A stretch of DNA of 64,000 bases from Tubiluchus corallicola. Taxonomy: Eukaryota; Animalia; Priapulida. The position numbers and the translations under genes were made by a program. Location of the stretch: positions 1,692-65,691 of the forward strand of contig JAQGDQ010001067.1 of the NCBI GenBank assembly GCA_030141605.1. The letters run 5' to 3'. Shown piece by piece: positions 52,501-64,000 of this stretch. The notes below the pieces were generated by a model. The model worked only from the letters and a program-made list of their open reading frames with translations. It had not been told where the DNA came from and did no database searches. Every line of letters begins with the position of its first letter. The first letter of the stretch is position 1.

Positions 52501-55500
52501 ATTTATAAGTAAAACTAGCACACGTTAGTTTGCTTGAAAGTGACATGTGTTACATGTACATTATACTGTAAGTGAGGTAGCATATGCTATTACAGTGAGC
52601 ATGGGTGATTAATTAGGTCTACTGATCTGTTTACTTAATTGAATTTCTCTACACGTATAGTTGTAGTTTAATTTTTAATGTCTTTGTTACTATTTGTACA
52701 GTTTCGACATTAATTCTCGAGAGACTTTATCAGCTAATATCTCTTGACTACGTTTCTTACAGCAAACTTCGTCTGCCCATTTAAAAAGTAAATTTTTTTC
52801 TAGTCAGTAAAAGACCTTTTGGCATTTTGGACAGTGGCTTGCGTTTAAACCTTCTTAACTTGTGTGTTAAGACGGCAAAGAATGATGAGCATGGTTTTTT
52901 GACTGTAGTCGCACTACATGTATTGTTTTGTTGATCAGTGCTGTAGTATTGTATAATGTTAACATAGACATAGACATTTTTTATTTATCTCCTCATTTAC
53001 ATCAGAATACAAATAGGCTGTAATTGCTATAATTAATAGTTAATCAGGATAAATATTGCATAAAGGAAACAGTTAATGGGTGTAGGAGAAAGGGTAGCGA
53101 AAGACCATTTGGTCATCAAGTCAGCTACCCTTCTCAGGTTAGTGTAAATTGTAAAAAAAAATTTGTAGCGCTGCTAATTATACGATGTAATATAATTATG
53201 AAAACAGGATAAAAAATCAACTGTTAATGTAAATCTATAGGGGAAGAAGTTAAACTTTAAATGGATTATGCAACAGTAAAGCATTATGATAAAATGAAAA
53301 ATATGCAATGACGACCAGCCAAATATGTAAAGCATATAACTAACTGATTAGAGTCATTAACAGTTTTGCATTTCACAGTATTCACCCCTTGCATTTTTTT
53401 TCTGTGATAGATAATGTTATGTCTTATATCATTAAAGTCTTAAAAGAATCTTGTGATGCATAAGATCAAGGTAAATAGTTTCATTGTTGATCTCGTTTCA
53501 TCCTGAGAGTGTGTGACTAAGACAAACTTGTTCTTTCTGATGCAATTTGAACAAACATTTGCAAGACAACGTGCGTGAATGCAGGTCTAGTGGCTGTGTT
53601 CTAAGCTAACTGGACTAAAGTGGATTTCTTTTTCTTTTTATGGGACAGAAACTTGGTTTTCCAGTGTTCATTTGAGATTTTTGTAATGTGTCTAGGCAGA
53701 TGATTTGGCCCATTTCACACAAGCAGATGGCAACTCGTGTTTACAAACAACTTATTTATTTTCCCTACCTTGTCACTTGCAAATTAGGTTGAAATTTCTG
53801 ACATAACGGTAAGAGACTACTAAGAATCATAATTATAAGTTGTAATCTAGAATAATACGAAGTGATTAGTGTCTCATATCAACTGGTAGAGAATAAATGT
53901 TGTTTTTTTTCTAGATTATATATCAGTATATTCAGCCTTGCGGTTTCTCTGGGCGCTTTGCTGCTGCTACCTTTCTCGATCATCAGCAATGAAGTGTTGC
54001 TGCGATATCCAAACAGCTATTATGTGCAGTGGCTGAATAGTTCTCTCATACATGGTAATTAATAGTAGAGTTTGTACTACAAATATTCGTTTCATAATAA
54101 TCACTTTGCCAGTATAGTTTTATAGTGCAACCCTGTTCTCACTTAATGGGCACATCCCAACATGATTAACACTGATTACCTGCACTGCTGCATTTACAAT
54201 AGCTCCATTACATTTACATTTACACAATCACAAAATTACATTTGTGATTTAGCAATATTCTGACCCACTTGATTTTCCGTTGAAAAATGACACTGCTCCA
54301 TTCGAATTTACAATTAAAACGGTAGTTGTAAATTAGCCCCACAAAATTCACGCTGTATGTTATAACTTTTTTGTTAAAATTCCCTTGTGGTTCAGACATC
54401 TTTATTCATTTCTTTGTTTTTACTTTGGCTGAGATTTGGCATATTGTTAATATTTTGGGTTATAAATATAGGTAATTCAGTTTGATAAATAACGCACCAT
54501 ATCAACAAATTTTGTAACACTTTTAATAAAAAGAATCAACATTTCCACTGCACCCTGGCAGTCATCTTTCGGTGGATTATTTGTCAAACCGATGCCATTC
54601 TTGTTATTAAGAATTTGAAAAAACATAAAATTTAGATAGGCATAATCCAATATTTGGCAATATAAAATCTTGTATAACTGTAATGTGAGAATTCATTCAA
54701 AACATTAAATGTACATGGATAACTTTTAAGGTTTTTTTTTCGTGTGAATTGTGTATGTTATCTCACTGTAATTCCTTTCTCAGACTTCTTATTAGTTTTT
54801 TGCAGTTTGAACTCAAAAGATTTTGGTCCTTGCTCAGTGTGAATCTAGTAACAGTCAAAGTTGTCTCGCATTGCAACAAGTAAACAGATATTTCTTCATA
54901 TATTATTCACAGCAATCAGCAATGCCATTAAGCAATTAAAGTTATTATTGTATGTGTACATGCTAATGTTATTCTAATCTGATTTCAGGACTATGGAATC
55001 TGGTGTTTTTATTCTCTAATCTGTGCCTCTTTATCCTGCTGCCATTCGCTTACTTTTTTACGGAATCCGAGGGATTTACTGGTTCTAAAAAGGTGAGGTA
55101 ATATTGCTGTAGTTGATGGCTTAAAAATATTATCAAAAAGCAATAGTATGCAAATATATTTGTATAGTGGATTTTACCACGTGTTGTGATATGAGTTACC
55201 TTTTCATTATCGTATCGTGATTAATTGTGAGGCCTTTTGGTTTTTGAACATATTTCTGCGCAGAGACGTCTTTTTTCACTAATTCATCCTTTGCTGTGGT
55301 ATATACTACTGTTCTTTTTTAGGGCATCATGGCAAGGATATATGAAACATTTGTCGTCTTGCTACTTCTTGCTGTCGTTGTGCTAGGAATTGCCTTTGTG
55401 GCATCGGCTTTGTTTGACCAAGACCGATGGACAAAGCAGTCTTTATTTAGTAAGTAATATAACTGTGAATGTAATTTTTTCTAGCACTCAAAATATAGTG

Positions 55501-58500
55501 AATAATGCTGAACGTGTTTATCATAAGTGAATTTTTGTAGTGTATACACTTTAGTAATAATGCATCGTGTAAAATGTATTATGTTAAGGCACCCAAGTTT
55601 TTAATTTGTCAAGCATAGTCCTAGTAAAATTAAAATGTTCACAAATTATTTTGTATTTCTGATACCATTAATTAGTGATGTGACCAATTAATCGATTACT
55701 TGTATAACCATTTGGGATTTTATTTCTGACCTTTTTATGAACAGGACAATGCATTCGTAAATGTCCATTGTAAATGTTTTTCATATTGAACTTTTCCACT
55801 TGTTTTTCAGATATATGGAATTATTACTTACCGTGGCTTTATTCTTGCATTTCTCTGCTTGGTGTGCTAATGTTGTTAAGTAAGTGTATTGTATAAGTGC
55901 TACTAGTATAAAAGTGTAAGTCTAAAATGCTGATTTCAGCAATTTGTCTATCATACATTTAACCATTTTTCCTTTAGTTGAAATTGAAGGTTTTTTGGAT
56001 TATTGCATTGAAATGTTTTTAAATATTTCATGTACTTTGTTTTTTTTACCTTTTGACAAACAATGTTAAAATGTCAGGCTGTGTACTGTAGATGTAAACA
56101 TGTACTGCTGAGAATTTATAGTGCTTGTAATAGATGCTCTGATGCCTTCTTGCTTGCAGTTTGCACACCAGTTGGATTTGCCAGGTTGTTTACAGTTGTT
56201 GGTGATCTAGTAGTCAAACCACAGGTACACAGCTTAATCACATTAGTAGAATTAAGCATGTGTGTCATGCATAATTAGTTACAGCATCTCTTAAATTATT
56301 AAGCAAGATTTCCATGTTTTTGACCCCAACTAATGAATATTACTATTAAAGTTAATAGGTGAAAGTTTCATTATTTGCCATTTAAACCTATGTTAGCTAA
56401 ACGTTTAATTGACATTGCACCTGGCGGCATTGATTTCTGCCAATGATTAGTAATACAATGTTCTTCCATTTTTATGAGAGCGATGGGCTGTGAGCAAGCT
56501 GACTGATGGCACAAACCCGTTTACCTTTCCAGCACGTTTTAACAAAATAATTTTACTTTTTTGTTAGGTTTTCGGTAAAGTAACAAATGTAGTACTTGAA
56601 ACGACTGAAATTAAGTAATGTAATAAGAAATGATTTTTCTTGCACAGTTCATGACTCACATTGAAGAAGAGCTTCATGTTGCTTGCTGGGAAGAAGAGAA
56701 TTTACGTCGTAAGATTGCTGAGAGCAGTCAACAACATCAGGTCCTAGATCGACGAAAAAATGGTTTGGGTACAGAAGTGGAAACCGACTTACAAGTTAGG
56801 CTTCGACAAGCAATTGCTGCAAGGGAATCTATAGGTATGGCTTCACTTTTTCTATGTCTAATGTTTGGTATTTTTTCTGGTTAAAGTTTCTACACTGATT
56901 ATTTATCAGTCTGTAGCTAGTGTATCTTAATCTGCCTGTTGACACTCCTTGACAACCGTGATTGTGCTGTCTTCTTCTGTCAAATGTGTCACTATTTTAT
57001 TCTGTCTAATATGCCACTGTTTTATTCTGTCTAATATGCCACTGTTTTATTTTGTCAATTGTGTCACTGTCTTCTTCTATCAAATGTGTCACTGTTTTAT
57101 TCTGTCAAATGTGTCGCTGTCTTCTTCTGTCAAATGTGTCACTGTCTTCTTCTGTCAAATGTGTCGCTATTTTGTTCTGTCAAATGTGTCACTGTTTTAT
57201 TCTGTCAAATGTGTCACTGTTTTATTCTGTCATATGTGTCACTGTTTTATTTTGTCAATTGTGTCACTGTCTTCTTTTGTCAAATGTGTCACTGTTTTAT
57301 TCTGTCAAATGTGTCGCTGTCTTCTTCTGTCAAATGTGTCGCTGTCTTCTTCTGTCAAATGTGTCGCTGTCTTCTTCTGTCAAATGTGTCGCTATTTTGT
57401 TCTGTCAAATGTGTCACTGTTTTATTCTGTCTAATATGTCACTGTTTTATTTTGTCACTTGTGTCACTGTCTTTTTCTGTCTAATATGTCACTGTTTTAT
57501 TTTGTCAAATATGTCACTGTTTTCTTCTGTCAAATGTGTCCCTGTTTTATTCTGTCAAGTGTGTCACTATTTTATTATGTCTAATGTGTCGTAGTCTTCT
57601 GTCAAATGTGTCACTATTTTGTTCTGTCAAATGTGTCACTGTTTTATTCTGTCAAATGTGTCACTGTTTTATTCTGTCAAATGTGTCACTGTTTTATTCT
57701 GTCAGATGTGTCACTGTTTTATTGTAAGTCTTTGTCACATTCTTTGTCTAGGACTTTGTCACTCTTTCTGCATATTATGTTGTTATTCTTTCTTGTCTAG
57801 TATTTTTCCATTGTCACTGCCCGTTTCATCCATTTTCTAAAACTGCCTGATGTTCATCACATTGCTGTCTAGCATTCATTCCTCTGCTCATTTAATGCCT
57901 TCTTTGATTTTTAGGTGTTTTCACCACATCTTTCTTTGTACTATATAAATAGTATAAATTGTATAATTCATTTGATCCATTATCACTAATACCAAGAACA
58001 TGTTTTACAAAAGGAATCAAAAAGAGAAAAATTCATTATAATTGTGATAAATCTCTTTCTAAACAGGTTCTCTTAATTTTCGTAATTATGAAAACACAAA
58101 AACTTAAAGCCACCTCTTTGTACGTAATTACGGTATTAAAAAGAATGTTATTTTATTAGAATTTTTGATAGTATCTGGTGAAGGAGTGATGAAAGACTTC
58201 TTTTTCAACGTTAGAAAATTTGAAACATTAGATATTATTGCAAAACTGTTATTGATTAAACCTTCCCACAAATAGAGTTTGTGGTATGTGTTACCAATAT
58301 GATTTGGATAAATAGTCAAAGATAACACAAAACAACTTTAGTATGCAGTATTGCAATGAAAAAAGATAATATACGAGGCTATTTTGTTTCACTTTTAATT
58401 TCAGAGCGAAGGCATAAAACGTCGCCTTGGAGACGCAATTTAGGATATCCTCTAACTATGCTACTTTTACTTGCTCTGACGGTACGGTAGAAAGAGTTAT

Positions 58501-61500
58501 TATTTTTTGTTTAATGCTTAATATTATTGTGTACCTTATCAAAGTCTTACATCATTTGTTGATTTCACAGTGTAGTCATTGTAGTGATGAAGCTGACCGG
58601 ATCTTGTTTGAGGAAATTTATATAAAAAAATTAGTACTAGTAATGACATGGCATAATGTTGTGTTCCATATTGTATAAACACGAGAAGTACGCTATGTCC
58701 TGCATTGTCCATGAAACAAAGGGCCAGTTTTAATTTATGGTTCAGCTTGTTTAAAAATAGTTCCATAGTTTCTGTAACTTTATTGCCTTTTATTTTCAGG
58801 CTATAGCTGTGGTGATGGTAACTTTACATTCCATAAAATTACTCGTAGATGATAAAGCTTTACCAGGTGTTACAAAGGTACGTTTTACTAACTTTAAAAT
58901 ACGGCGACATACTAACTTTCAAAATTATGCTAACTGGTATAAAATAATGTAGAGAATAAGCAGTCTAAAATATCAGCTTATTTTATTTCAGCTTGTTGTT
59001 CACATTGTGTGACTTACTATTAATCTAGTATGTTACTTAAAATATAACTTGATGAATTACAGATCTGTGCACATCATGCAAAGGTCAAAATTTCTGTTAT
59101 TTTTTAGCATGTAAATATTGGACACGCTTCCTTGTCGACTTTTGGACCAGTCGGTGCTGCCATAGAAATTGCTTTAATTTTGTATCTTTTGGGTGACTAT
59201 TACTATTGCTATTTTTTCATGTTACAGTCCTCTGTATTTCCTAGTAACCATTTGTATTCCGTATCTAAGCATGGCAGCATTTTAATTACTGTAGGAAGCA
59301 GTGGAGTACTTACATAAGTCTCCAGACTAAAAAACTTTGTGAGAAGAAGATCGGGCTAAACGTTTTTCCAAATAGAACTTCGCAAATTGAAACCATAGAA
59401 GAATCTGATAGTAGATCATAAAAATATTTCTTTGCAAAAGAAGTAGATTAAAAAAATTACTTGAAGTGAAAACAAGTAGATTAAAAAATTGCTTGAAGTG
59501 AGACATAACTACAGAGTGGTGAAAAGAAAGGACTAAAAGTCCAGTTTAATCTTATATTGCACATCTTTGCTTATTAGCGTAAAAACTTTTCTTGCTGACA
59601 TTCAGAAAGTTTTTTGAAAAGTGAAAACTTGTTTATTCATGTTAAAACTCTTAAATAATTCTTTCAAAAGTGGATTGGTTTTTAGAAAATATTTATAAAA
59701 ATTCTAGCATTTCAATAATACATATGGCATTGCTAAAAGGCTTGTAAAGGAGGACTAACATTTGTAGTCTAATGTTATAGTTGAATCTTAAAATCTAAAA
59801 AAAGACTTCTAGCTCCCTCTGTTGCTGCCTTGTACAAGTACTTCCACCGAAACGGATATTTACATTGAATCAACAATCTTTCCGGTTTGAAAATTATAAT
59901 TGTTGTACCTTTTTTCTATTTCCTTGACCATTTTCTTCAGATATTTTATATTAGCATCTATAGTAGGTTTCTACAGTTTGCCACTTGTGAAGAAGTTACG
60001 ACCTAAAAAGCAGGATACCTCAATGACTATTGTGATTGGCAACTGCATAGTGTGGCTCGTTCTCAGTTCAGCCCTACCTGTGCTTGCTCGGACGTTAGGT
60101 GAGTCTTGTTTTTCGTATGGCCTCATTTTTGTAAATAACCTGATGCCAGTGTCTTTCTAATGTAACTTTGCAGTTAAACCCTATAATGTCAAGCCTGGGA
60201 CACTTAAATTTTGCACCAGAGGTGTGTTGAATTTGAGGCAATGTTTACCAAATATCAATAGTTAGACGCCATTAGCAATGGTTTTGCTATGTTGCATAGA
60301 TGGATTTATAGGCTTTTACCCTGCAAAACATCATCCTCGAACAAAATGTAGAGTCTAACTGAAAGAAGCAGTCACTGCAACTCATAAAATGATAACAATT
60401 AACTATTAGTTGCCCTCCACTACTATTAATAAGCCTCGTATGCTATTAATGTGCAGAATTTGTTTTTTTATAAAGTTATAAGTTCTGTTTTTTCTGGAAT
60501 TTTGCAGCACATTATAGGATTTTTTTTGTGTTTATTGAGCATCGAGGAATAATAGTTACATTTGTGGAAAAGTATGTACAAAGTATTGGAATTTAATTTA
60601 AAACTCTGAAGTTTGAATAAAATGAGAACGGACAATACAAAATTTCAGTTTCGTGATTTTCTATCAAAAAATTACAGAATGTCCCTGTCCTCTCTATCAA
60701 GAAATTACAGAATGCACCTTAGCCTATTGTTGTTTCGGCACTCATTTTTATCGCTTAATTATTACTTTATTACTTTACGTATTTTTATGTATTAGATAAT
60801 TGCTCGATAGTTCAGTATGTTATAGTGACAGGTTTTGCGCTCCACTGTTCTGTACAAAGTGTTTTTGTAGAGCATTGCTAAAATCTTGGAATTTTGTTTG
60901 TTCAAACAAGGAAAATTGCTGCTAGTTGATATAACTTAATTTTTCAATTTTTTTTTAATTCATACTTCTTTAGATTCACTGGCCCTTTTTTAATGTTAAC
61001 TTGAATTGAATCTTTTTGAGAACAGACTATTATGCAAATTTTGTATGGCACTGTTAATTACAATTAGTATTCTATGGAGCCTAACAACAATTAAATAAAA
61101 GCGTCAGCATTATAATTAAAACCTAAACAAATCACAGTGAAACCCAGCACAACATGAAATTAACGAACTTAGTTCGAAAATGCTAAAATGAACAAGGAAG
61201 TTTTACAGATCTTTTTCAGTAGCTTGCCCTAGAGAATGGTACAAACTACCACTTAATTTGTGCTGTTGCACTTAATTTGACATTTGAATTTTAAGGAACA
61301 TTCTAACAAAAATTTGTTCTTATTGTTTTCGAGTGAATTTTCCAACTAAGCTACATATTTCTCTGTTTGATACTTAGAAATACAACTTCTGTTGATTAAC
61401 TTTGACATAATCTTGATAGGGAAAAATTTGATATAAGGAATATGAGAATTGGCAAGGTTACTATGAAGGTAAATATCTGATAAATACTACACTGTGAGAT

Positions 61501-62046
61501 ATGAAATTAAAAGTGACGAAAAACCCATGTCAGTGCTACAAATGACATGACAGTTATAAAATTAGCACAGTAATTTTCTGTAACAGAACCACCTCTCTGC
61601 TCCACAGAGTAAGCTTCTACTGTTACAAGCCTACAGTTCTTTTACAGTCAATTTTTTCACTACTCACGTTTATCTTTCTCTGGCGATATTGTGCACTTTC
61701 CACTAGCATTTGCATTCTTTCTCTGACACTTGTTGAGAGAAATAAGCAGGTGTTTTTTTTCTAAACAGGTATCACAAACTTTGATTTGTTGGGCGACTTC
61801 AGCCGGATTGACTGGTTGACCAACTTCCGCATAGTTCTTTTTTACAATCTGGTTTTTGCCGTTGCGACCGCCATATGCTTGGTGACAAAATTTACAGGGG
61901 CCGTGCGTCGAGAGCTTTATGTGCGTTTGGGCTTCGAGCACATTTCGCGTTTAAAGCATGAGGATTGGGCATCACATTTTAAGAAATTACCAAGTCTAGC
62001 TAATGGTATTCCTTCACTGGTTAATAACAAAGCAAAGCCTGACTAG
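37551..62046 (+). CDS. LMBR1: Limb region 1 homolog (LMBR1/LMBR1L family multi-pass membrane protein), 14 coding exons, ~513 aa
   Basis: Exons 37551-37610 (MDDETDTREQIFHNVVREHI), 40612-40705, 47862-47892, 53915-54054, 54989-55092, 55323-55449, 55811-55879, 56160-56224, 56648-56834, 58405-58481, 58800-58877, 59108-59181, 59941-60098, 61769-62046; phases consistent; hallmark LLPFSIISNEVLL..P.SYYVQWLN.SLIHGLWN and SSALPVLARTLGITNFDLLGDF. Confidence 0.93.
37630..39035 (-). mobile_element. Degraded L2/Crack-like LINE 3' portion in LMBR1 intron 1
   Basis: ORF fragment ATPSYIKLKLLKLRDICKLELATFVYRYTNNLLPELYSNY is similar to the 15468-16622 C-terminus; same 3' hairpin at 37715-37756. Confidence 0.75.
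40243..40493. repeat. 124-bp tandem duplication (2 copies)
   Basis: gcttcctcagaacaatttcagaacagtc...gttgatc(c/a)cttag at 40243 and 40367. Confidence 0.9.
41201..41690. mobile_element. MITE with long (~95 bp) imperfect TIRs
   Basis: G(A/G)GTCATTCCATGTCAATTCACCCA...GACCATCT.GGATT.TGATGAAACTTGGCA...GGGCCT.ATGAAAATA inverted at both ends; superfamily not assigned. Confidence 0.8.
42022..42534. mobile_element. Kolobok-like non-autonomous DNA transposon
   Basis: TTAA|AGGAAAGGGCAA ... TTGTTCTTTCCT|TTAA: short TIRs with purine-purine termini and TTAA target duplication. Confidence 0.65.
43625..46390 (-). CDS. Uncharacterised secreted Pro/Gln/Tyr-rich repeat protein (~494 aa), nested antisense in LMBR1 intron 2
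   Basis: Exon 46352-46390 (MGLGNMFFIVFIL, GTAAGT donor) splices in phase 0 to 43625-45070 (tttacAG acceptor; VHNWSLTNA-MYP...), forming a signal-peptide-like N-terminus; 1.4-kb open frame with raised GC; a further 5'UTR donor at ~46611-46616. Confidence 0.82.
45600..46085. repeat. Degenerate CAGAC-rich tandem repeat
   Basis: Recurrent cagac/cagat/tctcagacagat motifs in the intron of the nested gene. Confidence 0.7.
49298..49552. repeat. Compound trinucleotide microsatellite (TTA/TTG/CTG/ATC)
   Basis: Directly visible; yields poly-I/L/Y/C pseudo-ORFs. Confidence 0.95.
50620..51843 (+). mobile_element. Rex1/Babar-like LINE 3' fragment, interrupted by a MITE
   Basis: LTISLTVWYG..T..DR.AL..IVKSAAKIV....Y..RVIKRA..I.KD..H....F matches Rex1/Babar ORF2 ends; tail caataaa-ttgctagcttgcttgctt at ~51820-51843. 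Confidence 0.7.
51073..51808. mobile_element. Foldback-like MITE with TIRs and subterminal tandem repeats
   Basis: TIR GGTTTTACATGTCAAATGTAGAC at both ends, TATA on both flanks; 60-bp tandem units at 51121, 51181, 51241, and inverted TCAAATGTAGAC motifs at 51630-51800. Confidence 0.85.
52965..53350 (-). mobile_element. 3' end remnant of an L2/Crack-like LINE
   Basis: Same 3' double hairpin (53091-53131), followed on the minus strand by AATAAA and atgtct repeats; boundaries approximate. Confidence 0.6.
56965..57725. repeat. Intronic minisatellite, 25-bp unit (~30 copies)
   Basis: Repeated tgtcaaatgtgtcactgttttattc with variants; explains the Cys-rich repetitive ORFs. Confidence 0.95.
59182..59940 (+). 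other. U12-type (minor spliceosome) GT-AG intron in LMBR1
   Basis: Donor GTATCTTTT, and branch site TTCCTTGAC at 59920-59928, ~13 nt before the AG. Confidence 0.8.
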
Positions 62047-64000
62047 AACAAAGCTGAGAGAATTTATGTCAGGTGTCATTTACCTAAATTAATACATGAT
62101 GTTGATGAGTTATAAATTATACAGAACTTTCCTGATGTAATCCAGCCAATTGAGAGACAAAAACTTATCTGTAAACTGAAATTAAAACTAGTCTCATTTT
62201 AGGGTCCAAAATGCAAAACATGTTTTAATGTAAAACTGAATGTAAAGCCATAAATTGCAAAAAAAATTCTTTTTTGTGCATGGGAAATCAGGTCTTTCTG
62301 TTATTCACATATAGTGTATGATTAAGCAACTTACCTCTTCAATACTCAGGGGCTTTAAGCATGAAGACACTTGATAAATGTTGTATTTGCTGTTGGTTAG
62401 TAATGCTAGAATTTTTGTGTTGAATTTATTACAGTAACCACATGTTAAGTAGTCATTAACTTGTTAATGAAATTACTTGCTGGCATATGTAATGTTATTA
62501 CGTGTTCTCTTGCCGTTTGCCATGCAACTATAGATTTCTTTTCTATTTGCTTAAAAGCTTTTCATATAAAAATAACTATCAAAACAACTTGCAAAAATAT
62601 AAGCTCTGAATAACCGTTTGTTTTGTTGAATTTTGTTGTAGCACTTTACTTTTGCTTGCACGCTTTTCTCTGTATAGCTTGTACTTATTTAGCATTAATA
62701 AATTCGACACATTGTAAAAGTAAGGTGCTCCATGTCACTGAAAGACCTAGAGTGTTGTTTGTATGTAAATTAAAGTATGCTTGTACTTCCATTCGACTAG
62801 AACAGTAGCTATCAATGAGTTCTTCAGTTACCTCAGCAGGTTGTGTAAATATTGTGTCTGTTGTCCTTATGGAAGATGCACGTGCCAAAGAAATTTGAAA
62901 TTTTCCTTTAATAGTTGTAGTGTAATATTTTTGATATTCAAATTGATAATGCATGTGCGTGAATACCTAATCACTTCTAGACATTTTATTAGCTATCACT
63001 GTTAAACTTGCAAAAAAGTTATAAAACTATAACTGTATCAAAAGCTCAATGAATGCATACAATTAATCAAGATGCAATACTATTTCTATAAAGCAATACT
63101 AATGTCGATTATTATTACTGATGAGTGTTAGAACTTTGGTGACAATCTGGGTTTATGTGATATAAATAGCTGATGTTATTTTGGAGTTATTTACTTTTTT
63201 TATTTTACTAGTTCGATAATACGGCCAATTTACTTCAGAATTCTATCGTAACTTGCAGTTAAATTTTACTGCAGCAGAACTTATGTTAAACTGTAACTGC
63301 TGTGCCAATTTAAATTACAGAACAAGGCCAAGTTTGTTAATTGCGATAAACTAAACCTACGAAAACATGCGCATATTTTATATTTAGAAACTGAACAGTC
63401 TATAATATAGTAAAGAATGTGATTGCAGAATCAAAACTAAAGCTTTCTACTACATTAACATTCTGTAGCCAGTTGTAGGGTAATAGGGTTTGACATTATA
63501 TTTTTCAGTCTAGCAATGCTAGTCACAATTAGTGCATGATCCTGGTGTTTAGTATTTACCAAAAACTTATATACTTGTACAACATTTATATACATATTTA
63601 TAAGTTGTAATACGTTTTCACTAATATATGAGCAGAGTTACATATAATGTTAAGACTGACAAACATCACTGGGAAGCATGAAAACCTGTGCCCAAGAATA
63701 ATATTGCAATACTAGAAATAATAAGTGAGTTTATTTATCACTGTAAGTTGTTTTTTGTTGTATAATAATTATATAAAACTTCATTAACTTTAATTAATAA
63801 ACTTGTTACAAATTTGCAACAAATCATAAACTATTGTAATTTAAAGTTATCACTTATTGTTTTGTTGAGCACGATCTTATATCGTGTGAGTTATATGATT
63901 TTTTTGCGTATATTGTAACTATTGTAAATACAAGCTGTATTAAATTTGTTAGTAATCAGTTGATCTAAATGAAAACATAGATGTGCCGGACATATGTGGT

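Noticed and set aside
53091-53131. Possible hammerhead ribozyme (CUGA and GAAA beside stems)
   Set aside because: CUGA and GAAA fall on opposite strands and no three-stem hammerhead core can be drawn; kept only as a LINE 3' hairpin.
56949-57840. Cys-rich ORFs suggesting a metallothionein-like protein
   Set aside because: Artefact of a stop-poor 25-bp minisatellite read in all three frames inside an LMBR1 intron.

Overview
AT-rich eukaryotic (invertebrate animal, probably lophotrochozoan) genomic DNA, with no prokaryotic systems. Six protein-coding genes can be reconstructed by hand: a kelch-repeat gene (619-1872, -), DIS3L2 (6912-9260, -), a 7-exon EF-hand sarcoplasmic calcium-binding/calexcitin-like gene (18396-26469, +), GLE1 (29784-32699, -), a 14-exon LMBR1 (37551-62046, +), and an unrecognised secreted Pro/Gln/Tyr-rich repeat protein gene (43625-46390, -) nested antisense inside LMBR1 intron 2. 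Intergenic and intronic DNA is full of truncated LINEs (CR1, L2/Crack-like, Rex1/Babar-like, an LMDD-motif LINE, a possible Penelope relic), non-autonomous DNA transposons (pogo/Tigger-like, Merlin-like, Kolobok-like) and tandem repeats. The most notable observations are: the nested secreted QPY-repeat gene; three housekeeping genes with nearly intron-free CDSs beside an intron-rich LMBR1; a near-perfect ~670-bp inverted duplication of the kelch gene 3' end joined to a LINE truncation point; a covarying RNA double hairpin at the 3' end of three diverged LINE copies; and a U12-type intron in LMBR1. All calls are made by eye from sequence and remembered protein families; no database searches were run.
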